64,000 nucleotides of DNA from Hormiphora californensis (taxonomy: Eukaryota; Animalia; Ctenophora): NCBI GenBank assembly GCA_020137815.1, contig CM035353.1, positions 1,922,001-1,986,000 of the forward strand, read 5' to 3'. Under the pieces are notes generated by a model. The model saw only the letters and a program-made list of their open reading frames with translations. It ran no database searches and was not told where the DNA came from. This document shows, piece by piece, positions 40,727 to 54,592 of this stretch; positions within the stretch are counted from its first letter, which is position 1; each line of letters opens with the position of its first letter. The position numbers and the translations under genes are program-made.

Positions 40727-43700
40727 GAGAGAGATGAGAGAGAGATTCTGCCGAGAGAGCATAAAATAGAGAAGGTTCTCTCTCATCTCTCTCTCTCTCT
40801 TCTTGCCTATTCTCCCCCTTCTTCTTCTCGCTCCTCTCTCTCCTCCTCTCCCGCTCCCCTCTCCTCTCTCCCTCCCTCGCTCTTCTCTTTTCCTTCCTCA
40901 GCTCCTCGCTCCTCTCTTCGCTCTCTCTCTTTCTTCGGCCCCGCAAAGTTGCGAAAAAATTGTAATAATTCTTTTCCCAAAAAATTGGCTTCAAAAGGGG
41001 TAAAGGGTTATTATAGAAACTGAAAGAAAAGATTAAGGGAAACTGTAAGTAAAAGGGGATTAAAGGGAAAGAAAAAACAATTGGTTCTTATGGGAAAAAG
41101 AAATGTTTTAAATAAAACTTTCAAGGTTTTAAATACGGGCCTTTTTCCCCCGGTAACTGGAACCAACAGACCGGGGGTTTCCTTTCTGGGTTTTTACCCG
41201 GGGTTTCTTTAGGGAAAAACCCTTTCCCCCTTTAAAAATAAAATGTATCGGCTTTTTAAAGGATTGATCAGGCGTGATTGCACCACTCCATTGCATCCGA
41301 CTTTTAGGGGCTTGATCAGTCCATCTTGGTCTATAGTCAGTCGGGGTCCCTCAAAAGTTTTTGGGGGGTACCTCAGGCGTCTATGCCAATGTTCAACCCC
41401 TCTACAAAAAAACCCAATTTTTAGAATGACAGGTTTCTCACTCCGGAAGAGAGAGGGATTTTTTTAAAGGGAGGAATTGAGGGGTTGGGAATTTTAATTT
41501 ATGGGGTTCTTCTTTCTTTTCTTTGGGGGTTCTCTTGGCCTTAAACCCCTTTCCATCTCCTCTTTTTATTTTTTGGGCTTTCTACCTTTGCCCTTCAGTT
41601 TTTTTGCTTTGGCCGTTTGTTTTCCCCATTGTGTCTGCTGTGTACGCGGAGAGGGCTTTTTGTCTCTTTTATCATGTACTCTTTTTTTGGTCCGTACCTT
41701 CTCTTTTGTTCTCTGTTCTTCTCGCCTTTGCCCCTTGAGATATGCGAAGGGGCATTATGGTACCTAAGGACCGAGCGAAACCAAATAGTCCGGGCCGTAG
41801 TAACTGCGGTACCAACATTACGGGTTCCTCCGCCATTATAATTTTTTATTTACCACTCTTGTCTGGTGTTTTCCACCAGTTTTTTTCATTGCTTCCCTTT
41901 TCTATTTTGAACCCAACTGGAGAGAGAGAGAGAGAGAGAGAGAGATGTGTAATAGGTGGATAGTGCTTGAATTGATATACTGAAATACTAACTAAACTTA
42001 GGTAACTGCAGACTGATAGAAACTAAAATATATTTGTTAAGTGATAGAAACTCACGTTTACACAGTATATTCCGTGGGTGACGCTGTCCCCCCAAAATAT
42101 GAGACCCGCTCCGTAGTCCATTGCTAAACTTGAAGCACTCACCAAACTCTAATGGAATTAAAAAAGTTTTTCGGGTATCACCATGGCGTTTTGGGAATCA
42201 CCATGGTGTTTTGGGTATCACCATGGTGTTTTGGGTATCACCATGGTGTTTTGGGTATCACCATGGTGTTTTGGGTATGACCATGGTGTTTTGCGTTTCA
42301 CCATGGTGTTTGGGGTATCACCATGGTGTTTTGGATATCACCATGGTGTTTTGGGTATCACCATGGTGTTTTGGGTATCACCATGGTGTTTTGGGTATCA
42401 CCATGGTGTTTTGGGTATCACCATGGTGTTTTGGGTATGACCATGGTGTTTTGCGTTTCACCATGGTGTTTGGGGTATCACCATGGTGTTTTGGATATCA
42501 CCATGGTGTTTTGGGTATCACCATGGTGTTTTGGGTATCACCATGGTGTTTTGGGTATCACCATGGTGTTTTGGGTATCACCATGGTGTTTTGGGTATCA
42601 TCATGGTGCCAGCGCAGTGATATATAGTTACCGTTGAGATTGGTATTTTGGCGGAGTATATCGGTTGAGTGTCCATGGATAGTTTATACATGACATTTCG
42701 ATCCAGTGCCACCATTGTCATTGTCGATTCTGTAGGTGAGGGTGGTCAGCATTATTTAGGGAGTCTGACACACTGTGGTACAAAAAATGCGTTCCACACG
42801 CATGAAATTACACCAGGAACCGACCGAAACAAGTAAAAAACCAATCAGAACTCTTAATTTAGGTCACGTGACTGGTTATCAGCCAATCAGGGACCAGTAT
42901 TTCCTGATTCGGTCAGTTTCTGTTAGAGAGTAATTCTGCTTACCGATACAGCTTGACAAATTGGCTGGGTTTGGTAGAAGCCATTCTCTGCATTTACACT
43001 CCACTAACCCAGTCTCTGTTAGGGGGGACGGATGTTAGTTTAAATTGGGATTTAACAGGATATACGAGGGGGGAGGGTTTTGACCGGTAAATCGATGGCT
43101 GGTAAATAGAAGTAGTCCGATTTAGAAAGTTCGTTATGGAATGTCTTACCATTCACATGACACATTTGTTCACAACCACCGTTATTGATGACACAAGGAT
43201 CTTCCACACACGTTTTACCTGCAATGATATATCACGGGTCACTAATTTGGGGGTTTGGGACTACCACGGGTCACTTTGGGGGGTTGGGGACTGTCACGGG
43301 TCACTTTGGGGGTGTGGGGACTGCCACGGGTCACTTTTGAGGTGTGCGGACTACCACGGGTCACTTTGGGGGTTTGGGGACTGCCACGGGGCACTTTGGG
43401 GGTTTGGGGACTGCCACGGGTCACTTTGGGGGTGTGGGGACTGCGACGGGTCACTTTGGGAGTGTGGGGACTGCCACGGGTCATTTTGGGGGTGTGGGGA
43501 TTGCCATTACATCTCTCTCTCTCTCTCCAGTACATAGTGTGAGACCACATCGAACTGTGGGGAAATATAATGTAATTCTGCGCTGGCAAGCTCATGATCG
43601 TCATTATCCCCAGCTACACGTGACAGATAATATCAGGACATAGCTCGAGGCCTCCACTGTTATACCAATCACTCGGAAATTTGGTGTACAGTGTTACACT

Positions 43701-46700
43701 GTACTGTACAGTGTGACACTGCACTGTTACATAGTCTAGATATGGCTCATTGAAAAATACCAATTGCAATAAATGCACCGGTTGTGATAGAGAGTGAGAA
43801 AGAGAGAAGAAAGAGCACGTAACGCACCCGAAAAACAAAGAGATTGCACTACTTGCATAATACTTGCAGCACATCATTGTCTCCGCTAGTATTGTGTCAC
43901 GGAACAATGCTGCATTAACAATGGGCTAGGTACTTAGAAACAAATAGCGGCTGAAAGAATAGATTTATGGGGTATCGTCCTAGTATCTTATCGTCAACAT
44001 CATATGCATGATATGATTCTTCCATTGAGTAAAGAAATAACGGATAAATCACGTGACACACAAAATCGATGAATATAAATACCACTAGAAAACGAAAATG
44101 ATTTGCAGTGCAAGGTTTGGATCGTATTATCTGATACAACCAGGTGCAGCAATTATGGACACATGTATCCTAGTACTCCTTTTGGTAGGAGTAAACTCCA
44201 AGATTCAAGAGACCTCCATTTCCTCAACCCCTTCCAAATGGTCCCCTAGAACCAAGATTCAAGGGTCCGCCCATAGCTCATCAACCCATTTTGACCGGTC
44301 AACTACAGCCAAGATTTTAGAGAGCCTCAACAGACCTCCAGCTTTAAACCCGTTCAAATGGCAACCTATAACCCAGACTCAAAAGACCTTCAACAACCCG
44401 TTCGGATTGCCATGGCAACCTACATCCCAGACTCAAAAGACCTTCAACAGACCTCCTAACCCATTTGGATTGCCATGGCCACCTAATACCCAGACTCAAA
44501 AGACCTTCAACAACCCGTTCGGATTGCCATGGAAACCTATAACCCAGACTCAACAGACCTTCAATAGACCTCCTAACCCGTTCGGGTTGCCATGGCCACC
44601 TAATACCCATACTGAAGAGACCTTCAACAGACCTCTCAACCCGTTCGGATTACCATGGCCACCTAATACCCATACTGAAGAGATAATCGCTTGTAAAACC
44701 GTGACAATCTATGGGTTTCTCAAGCGATTCTGTGCAAACCTAGATAAGAAAGAGGACACCCTGGACCACATTCCCGACAGGCTAACAAGTTCCAAACAGC
44801 TTCATCAGCACCCTGAGTTACTTTTTAGATGTGCAACGTCCTCTCAATACTACAAATGGGAGAATAGTTATTTTTCCATGGGTGGCACCAGTGGCTTGAT
44901 CGAGGATATCAAGTTGTCTGATATGTGTCCCGATGATCCTGGAGGTTACCAGGTATGTGGAGTCGTACCGGACAATGGCATATACAAGGTCGTCGAGGAT
45001 TCCCTGGCACTTTGTGGAGCACAGCTGTGTATTAATGAAGAGGAGGAGGATAAATTCGATTGGCATCAGTTTTTAAATCCAACAAAAGTCGTTGAATACG
45101 GTCTATGTCAGGTTAATAAAACAAGTGAATCGTGTGATCAGAAGTGCTCTACATTTGAATGTGAGGATGAGGCTATGTGCAATGGTGTGAGCTATGGGAT
45201 ATTCTGCTATTCTTCTAAAAGAGGAAACGCTGTCAGATATATCAACCCTTACGAGGTTTGTTTCTATACATACTACTGTTTCGAGGTCCTTAGGCCAAGC
45301 CAGGAACGTGCAAGTGTGTATGTTTGGTAATATAATTAGCCAAAACTGAAACTAATAATAATAATTCTTTAGATGTGCAGCAAGTTCAATCGTTTATGTG
45401 ATAATGGCGAGGATACGAGAGGTTGTTTTGTGAAAGAGGGAACGCCTGGTTCATGTATCAAAGGTGAAGGGTGAGTATTATAATAAGTTGCAAGATATAA
45501 CCAGTCATTTCTTGGCCCGTTTATACCGCTCATTATATTTTCAGCCACCTGAAATCATCCATCATGATACGCGAAGAACAGAGGTGTCCTGTACCTCGAT
45601 TTGATTCAATGTTAGTATGGGGTATCCAATATATATATTCCATTCCTTTCTTTCTGCCGAAATTCACTACTTACTAATGTGCGCGAAATGTGTCTTTTGA
45701 GAGCAGGAAAAAGGAAAAATACTCAGAGAGTTATGATCTACTACCTACTACGTAAGTTTCGGTCCACTCTAACTTTAATACCCACAGGAATATCGCAAAT
45801 TTTAACTGGATAAAAACTGTATGTGTTCAACCTATGGGCCTTGAGCAAACCAACTGCACCGACTTCACCCGGCTGATTATCGTGGGATGTATCCTTGAGG
45901 GGTACCCCACCAATATCTCCATCTACGGGACGTGTAAAGACTACCCTCTATGTGATGACAACTACAACAATCTCTGTCAGCAAGTGGATAGTGGGTGCAG
46001 TTTGCACAAAGGACAACTCTGTGATGGCACAAACGACTGCTCATCGGGAGCTGATGAGGCCAAATGCGGGACAATCACTCAACACTTTATCTGTGAGAGG
46101 AGGTTCCACACAGTGTACTCAGAGAGACGACCTCTGGCGCTCCCTATTACCTGGGTTATGGATGGGATTGTGGACTGCCTAGACAGTAGGGATGAAGACG
46201 AGGGGAACTGGTTAATATGTGGAAAGGGCAGCATGAAAAGATACGATGAGCTGACAGAGGACAACTATTGCCAAGAGGTCCTGAAATGCGATGGGGGTGA
46301 GTACATCAGAATGGGAGAGCTATGTGATAGGGTCAACACTTGTCCCTTTGAGAACAGGCTATGTAGCGCTGTTATTGGAACCATGTATGGTAGCAACTAC
46401 GAGGTGGCAGTACACAGTGAGACTCTCTGGATGGAGCACTGCTTCCCACACCGTGTTCCAGATTTGGAACAACAGCTGGGGCATTGTGGAATGGTGGAGC
46501 ACACTGCAGGACTAATAAAAACTGTGTTTGATGACGATGCACAAAGCGCAATTATGGTGACTTTTCCCACCGTTCAGAAAAGAGATTGTTCTTATATGTA
46601 CGGGGAAAGCTACGTGTATGCGGCCTGCAATGGCCGATGTAGGGGAATGACGTGTCCGTTAGAAAGAGCTACCCGAAAATCCTGTAACAACTTTCTAAGA

Positions 46701-49700
46701 GACAGGGTATTCGCCCTCGCTGCTACACACTCGCCTGACCTTGTTCCAATGTTGATGGAACATAACAGTTTTGGAAGATATGAGAAGCGGCTATTTCCCT
46801 GCCAGAATCAGAATTGTGTCATGTACCGGGATGTGTGCAACCTTCGTGATGACTGCGGGGATGGTTCTGATGAGCGGGAATGCGGTAACCAATACACCTG
46901 TGGCAGTAGTGTTCTCCCTCTCTACTCGGTGTGCGATGGGAAGGTGGACTGTCACGACTTCTCGGATGAATGCCAGGCCCATTGTCCTGCATCTAACATG
47001 AATATTTATCCCAATGGATTCCTCCGAGGGTCCAGTTACGTCATTGGAGGGGTGGCCACCATACTGAATTTCATAACCTTAGCTAGAACGTCATGGGACC
47101 TCCGGAAACACAACAAGTTTGAAACGTTAATCAATAAGGCAACCATATTGTTGGTTTGTGTCGGTGACTTCTGCATTAGTTTGTACCTTGTCGGAATATC
47201 GATAGCAGATTTCTTTTATAGAAATAGAGAAGATTACTGTCAGGAACGGTTCCTCTGGTTAACCTCTCTGTACTGTTCTGCATTGGGAACTCTCGGCACA
47301 TTCGGCTCTCAGTTGTCCCTTTTTGCTATAACCAATCTGAGTGTTATCCGAGTTTTTAACGCCCAAAGAATGGTAAAGAGAGGGCTAAAATCTGCTAAAT
47401 CAATTTCAAAAATGGTAATCATGATAACAACCCCATTAACGTTTAGCTTCATAGTCGCAGTTATACCCGATCTTGCGATCTTTGAAGATTACTTTGTCAA
47501 TGGACTTTACTATGACAAATCACCCCTGTTTGTTGGTCCCATTGACAAGGAGGGGTTCTATGCAGCATTCAATGCTCGGTCCCCTGGAACTGCTACCAAG
47601 TCAACCTGGAGAGTTATTCGATCATTGGTGGAGGACATGTTCACATCTGATCACGGAGGTAACACCAAACTCTATTATACAGGACTGAGTGTCCTGTGTT
47701 TTTGATACTTTGTTTTCTTATCACGTTTCGGCAGGTCGGAAGAATCTCGACACGCTATTACAGTACTGTAATAACTCACTATTACAGTACTGTAATAGCG
47801 AGGCCCTGTAATAGCGGCCCTGTAATAACTCGCTATTACACGGGGGATTACGGGGGCTCGAATAGATCGCCCGTATAGATCGCCCGTACCAGTCGCCCGT
47901 ACATTTGCTTTGCGCATTACGTTTCATCGCACTTTCACCACACATAAGGTACATGCGCGTTACGCGCATGTGTTTTGTTGTGGTGAAAGTGTGGTGAAAC
48001 GTAATGCGCAAAGCAAATGTACGGGCGACTGGTACGGGCGACTGGTACGGGCGTCTCATCCGGGCCCCCGTAATCCGCTGCCTTACAGTACTGTAATAGC
48101 GATACCTTGTAATAGTGATCAGCTTTTACAGCAGTACCCTAGTATCAGTTCACATTGTAAGCGGTTCCGCCGCTAATGAGGTTTACCGAATCGTGAGCAG
48201 TACCCCGTATTATATCGGTTGATATTGTAAACAGTTCCGCCGCTAATGAGCTACACTGAATCGTGAACCGATACGGAGTGTACTGCGCCGTATCGGTTCA
48301 CACACCAAACTAGTCCACTCTCTATCCCTCTCAGCTATCTCTCTATCTTTGTCTCTCTCTGTCTCTCTGTCTCTCTCTCTCCTTCCTCACGTTGCACAAG
48401 CCTACAATGCTTAAATCATGACATGTGAATCGTTAAGATCATGTGCTTATTATGACGGGGGGGGGGGGTATCATGGTGACAAATGGAGGTGCTGACATAC
48501 CCCAAATGGTCAGATAAGTCACCATGATACCCCCCCCCCCCCTGTCATGTTAACCACATGATCTTAACGAATCACGTGCAGTGTCATGAGAAAGAGGGAC
48601 ACAGAGAGAGAGATATAGGCACAAAGAGAGAGAGAGGGACAGAGATAGGGATAGAGCGACAGCTGAAAGAGACAGAGAGGGGATTAGTTTGGTGTGTGAA
48701 CCGATACGGAATTCACTGATCCGTATCGGTTCACGATTCGGTAATCGGTATAGCTCATTAGCGGCGGAACTGTTTACAATATCAACCGATACGGGGTACT
48801 GCTCACGATTCGGTAAACCTCATTAGCGGCGGAACCGCTTACAATGTGAACTGATACGAGGGTACTGCTGTAATAGCTTATCACTATTACAAGGTATCAC
48901 TATTACAGTACTGTAATAGCGAGTTATTACAGGGGCCGCTATTACAGGGCCTCGCTATTACAGTACTGAAATAATAGTGAGTTATTACAGTACTGTAATA
49001 GCGTGTCGAGATTCTTCCGACCTGCCATCAAGTTTAAACATTTTCAACTCGAACACTTTTTCAGGTGTTCCCCACAAGACCGTTGGATTCTATGGGAATG
49101 ACGGAACCTGTGTATTCAAGTATTTGGTGACTCGAGACGATCCACAATGGATCTTTTCTACTTCGATTATTACAATCAACTTCCTCTGCTTCATCTTCGT
49201 GGCCTGCAGCTACGTTATCCTTGCAATAAGAACAGGGAGATCTGCTCGAGGAGCGGGTAACGCTCAGGCAGCAAAAAGACAGCGGACATTGCAACGGAAA
49301 GTTACTGCTATCATAGCCACCGACTTTCTCTGTTGGGTTCCACTTTCTTGTGTGTCCTTCCTACATTTCGGAGAAATCATCCAGGCTACGTCGTGGTATG
49401 CGTACTTCTCAATATTGATCATACCAATAAACTCTGTGATTAATCCTCACCTTTACGACTCCCTTATTTTTGAATACCTGGTCCAAAAACCGATAGATAT
49501 GGCAAATCGGGTCTTAAAAAAGGGATCTTCAAAACTGTTCAAGATTTTCCGTTCGCTCGATTGGAGGAAGGAGGAGGGAACCACTAACAGCTCAAAGCCC
49601 AGAAACGCCAGAAGAGATGCCAGAGGAAGATCCACAAGACCAGGATAGTGATCAGGACCAGGAAGATGACCTGGATGTCCAGGAACCAGAGATATTGGTT

Positions 49701-51756
49701 GATGAAAGAGATCCAGGTCACGAAATAGTTGAAAGTTTTGAACTGACACAGAAAAGTGGACTTGGATATAATGACTTTGCACAAGGTGAAACCACTGAAA
49801 CTGCCTTTACAGAATAGGAAAAGGCAGAGATAAGTCAAACGGGTATAATATGTGCCAATAGCTACACGCCTCCTGCAGATGGATGATTATCGAGACTTCA
49901 CTGTTGGACATTGCACCATGTAAGAAATAGCAGATATATGATTGTCTTTATGATACACACAACAGGATTGATATAGATAATTTGCCAGAGGAGGGGGGTG
50001 ACCGATTGTTGACCCCCATTTTGGACCATTTTCGCTGTTTATTATACCGTTGCAATATGTACGCTTTTTGTCGTTGTTTTTGATGTATGAATATGTTGTA
50101 CAAAACTAAACGTCTTCCTAGACTCTCATACCCTGCATGTGTAACTCCAGTGTGGTTACTTTGGAGGTTTGGGGACTGCCACGGGGCACTTTTGAGGTGT
50201 GGGGACTGTCACGGGGCACTTTGGAGGTTTGGGGACTGCCACGGGTCACTTTGGGGGTGTGGGGACTGCCACGGGGCACTTTGGGGGTTTGGGGACTGCC
50301 ACGGGTCACTTTGGGGGTGTGGGGACTGTCACGGGTCACTTTGGGAGTGTGGGGACTGTCACGGGGCACTTTTGAGGTGTGGGGACTGTCACGGGGCACT
50401 TTTGAGGTGTGGGGACTGCCACGGGTCACTTTTGGGGGTGTGGGGACTGCCACGGGGCACTTTGGGGGTGTGGGGACTGCCACGAGAAATGTTAGAAATA
50501 ATCCTGAAACAATAGGTCGGTGATTTTAACATACCGTCTTCCTTTAGTTTGATGTTTTGTGGACACATACAAACTGCTCCATCGGGGGTGTGCAGACAAA
50601 TGTGAGAGCAGCCACCATTGTCAGTACCACACTCGTTTGTACCTGCGAGATAAGTGTGTCACGTGATGTCCATATAAGGGAATCATGTGTCACGTGATGT
50701 CCATATAAGGGAATCATGTGTCACGTGATGTCCATATTAGGGAAATATATTACCTTTCCGTGTCGTGTCTGTATACCATTGTATACCAAATGGCTTCTCA
50801 AAAGTGAACTCCTGAGTTGTTTCAGAGTAAAAGGTTGGGGTCGTCGTCCTGATAAAAATCGTGGGATTAGGAGCTGATAAAAATGGAGTTTCCATATATT
50901 TTTATTTCGATTCGTTGCATCTACTTATATATAATACGGAGAATGCAGTGTAGAAGTGTCTGACTGCCGACATTTTCGTATACTGGTAAGTCACCACAAA
51001 ACATTAGGCCATTAAAGTCATCATGTCAAAATATTGCAGCTAAACCACACTATAATATTTTCCACTCCTCTCCCTTTATTTCTATCTATCTCACTACTTA
51101 AACATAATAAATTTACGAAATCTTAATAGGATATTTCTCGTAATGGTCAGCACGCGGTCACACTACCCGAAACAAAATGTTTTCTCGACTGGTGCAGGAG
51201 CTGAGTCAGCGGAGACGGAAGAGAAAGGAACATCACAACAAACAAATTTCCAAGGGTTGGTGGTAAGTACAATATATTGTGTGGTCGCATTTAGAATTTA
51301 GCGTGGGCCTCCTGAAAAGCATTGTGTGGTCGCACAATTTTATAGTACGGACCTCCTGCGAGATATGTATGTACTGTTCAAGCTGCCACATTCTCTAATT
51401 TTAATGTTGTGCAATATAGATCTCCCTTGTGGACCATGCAGGCACTCGGAGTAGTAGTAGTAGTAATATAGATCTCCGTAGTCCGATCGCTTATTTTCTG
51501 TTTTGTCCCGTATTTGTTACGTATCATATCAGCCATTTTGAACCAGATATACAAATCCAATAACACCATCTGGTCACTTGTACAAGTGCAGGTGTTGTGG
51601 ACTGTTTGGATGCAATATTAAATGTTATATATCCGGGCCACAAACCTCAATAATATTATCAATAGGTGGCCAAGATCGGCCATGCAGGCAATTACACGCT
51701 CCCTGGAGTATGAGAGACTAGAGAGAGTATGAGAGAGAGGGAGGGAGAGAGTGAGG

Positions 51757-51797
<41 letters not shown>

Positions 51798-51947
51798 GGA
51801 GAGAGAGAGAGAGTTCCTATATTTGCAATTCTTCGTTGATATGATCTTCTTTCCAGTCCATTTATTAACACCGAAAGCGAGTCTGTTTATTTTTATCTAA
51901 ATTATTCCGGTAAATGGTTGTTTCCAATAAAACATTCTCTCTCTCTC

Positions 51948-51997
<50 letters not shown>

Positions 51998-54520
51998 GCG
52001 TGAAGAGTACTTGTTCAATGACCACTTACCCCCGCTTAAGGGTACACCTCGGCAAAATTTTTGTCGAGTGCCCGCTTAGCTCTCCATATGGGGTTGTAGG
52101 GCATACCAAGCCGACCTCAAATATGCAATTTTAGCCCTTAACTCGAATTCATATTTTTGCTACAGCCCCTCAAAGTTTGACCCTAAAAACCGGTTTTTAA
52201 GGTCCCTAAATTTTATTTTTAGGGCTAGAAAGCTGAAAATTTAGGGATTCATAGAAGATACCAAGGTGTATAGCTCAAACAGAAATTTTTTGAAATGGAG
52301 CTCAATTTTTTGTCTGAGACTATTTTACTTTTTTTGACTTTGAGGCCATATTTGGACATGTTCCTATGGACCGTTAAGGATAAAAATTGGATATTTGGTG
52401 CTCCTAACAATTGTCAAAGTAGCCACAAATTTTCAGGAGGTCCGAATTTGAAATGTGGCCTACAGGTTTCTTTTTGTAAAGCACATATTTTAGGAAAACT
52501 TAAAATGGCTATATCTCAAAAACGGTAGGTCCTAGCGATCTAATTTCGTGCTAAATCGATTCAGCGGGTCCGATTTTGGGGGGGGTCGTCTCTTAGACAT
52601 TTTGCTCTAAGTCTAACCGTTTTTTCAGAAATCGTATTTTAAGGTGTGTACATGTTTAGCAGAAATGCTTCTAGCTAGAGCTAATCTTACCTATTTCTGC
52701 TAAACATGTTCAAATCTTTAAATACGATTTCTGAAAAAACGGTTAGACTTAGAGCAAAATGTCTAAGAGACGACCCCCCCAAAATCGGACCCGCTGAATC
52801 GATTTAGCACGAAATTAGATCGCTAGGACCTACCGTTTTTGAGATATAGCCATTTTAAGTTTTCCTAAAATATGTGCTTTACAAAAAGAAACCTGTAGGC
52901 CACATTTCAAATTCGGACCTCCTGAAAATTTGTGGCTACTTTGACAATTGTTAGGAGCACCAAATATCCAATTTTTAGCCTTAACGGTCCATAGGAACAT
53001 GTCCAAATATGGCCTCAAAGTCAAAAAAAGTAAAATAGTCTCAGACAAAAAATTGAGCTCCATTTCAAAAAATTTCTGTTTGAGCTATACACCTTGGTAT
53101 CCTCTATGAATCCCTAAATTTTCAGCTTTCTAGCCCTAAAAATAAAATTTAGGGACTTTAAAAACCGGTTTTTAGGGTCAAACTTTGAGGGGCTGTAGCA
53201 AAAATATGAATTCGAGTTAAGGGCTAAAATTGCATATTTGAGGTCGGCTTGGTATGCCCTACAACCCCATATGGAGAGCTAAGCGGGCACTCGACAAAAA
53301 TTTTGCCGAGGTGTACCCTTAATATCATTTCTCGAGAGCTGGGAGAGTGTGAGAGCGTGTTGCAATTCTTCTTGATACTGTTTTGTGTTTTACCAACATC
53401 CCACAACATGTTTGTTGCCACCAATAAAAAGACAGCGAACACTACCTTCAAGTCCCTAGACAGTGCCCTCTTGAAACTACGAGCATACCACATGTTTGCA
53501 AACAAGAAACAACGTAAAAGGTAGCTAGAACTTGTTGGCACACATTGCCCTTATATGGGCATCACGCGACACATAATGCCCTAATATGGACATAACACGA
53601 CACATAGTGCCCTAATATGGACATAACACGACACATAGTGTCCTAATATGGACATAACACGACATATGATATCCTATAACAAGCATACCACATGTTTGCT
53701 AAAAAAATGTAAAGTCGGATTTTTTGAAACTGTCACCCCCAAATGACCGCGCATGTGAAATGTATCAATTTTGATGCGCACACCACACGTTAACATGTGA
53801 TATGACGCACAAAAACATTCCGCACACGAAAAGGGGGGTGACAGTTTAAAAAAATCCGACTTTAGAGCTTGTTCGCCATTTCACTAACAGTACTAAGTAC
53901 TAAGCAGCTACTCGAATGATCCCCTAGCATGATAGAAACGCTGGCAACACTTTTTAGGAAGAAAATAATGCCTTTCAATTTCAGAGTCTAATGCCTTTGG
54001 AAATATACCTATGTTGATATTTTGGGCTGTGAGTTGTGAGTTGACATACAATTGAGAGGCCGTGACCATTATATTTTTACAGGTGGTTGAAAAGTCAAGC
54101 ACAGACTGATCTGGTGTCTCAGTGTGCCCTGCCCCGGAGTGCTCCAGTTAGATCAGGCAACACCACAATGAATATATTTAACAGGTATCAGGAACCGACC
54201 GAAACAAGTAAACAACCAATCAGAACTCTTTATTTAGGTCACGTGATTGGTTATCAGGTATGTATTAGCGGGGGGGGGGCTCGGGGGTATATTGACTCAG
54301 CATCTCGTAACAATTCACCCTGTTACTCCAGGACAAAACCACTCAGCATCTCGTAACAATTCACCCTGTTGCTCCAGGACAAAACCACTCAGCATCTCGA
54401 AACAATTCACTCTGTTACTCCAGGACAAAACCACTCAGCATCTCGTAACAATTCACTCTGTTAACTCCAGGACAAAACCACTCAGCATCTCGTAACAATT
54501 CACTCTGTTACTCCCAGACA

Positions 54521-54592
<72 letters not shown>

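Noticed and set aside
1275-51995. (GA)n/(CT)n tracts upstream of several nested genes as GAGA-type promoters
   Set aside because: Similar tracts occur elsewhere with no nested gene (4570, 24160, 40650, 60900), so the association is not supportable.
52295-53063. Mirror 77-aa ORFs
   Set aside because: They come from the arms of a foldback element.
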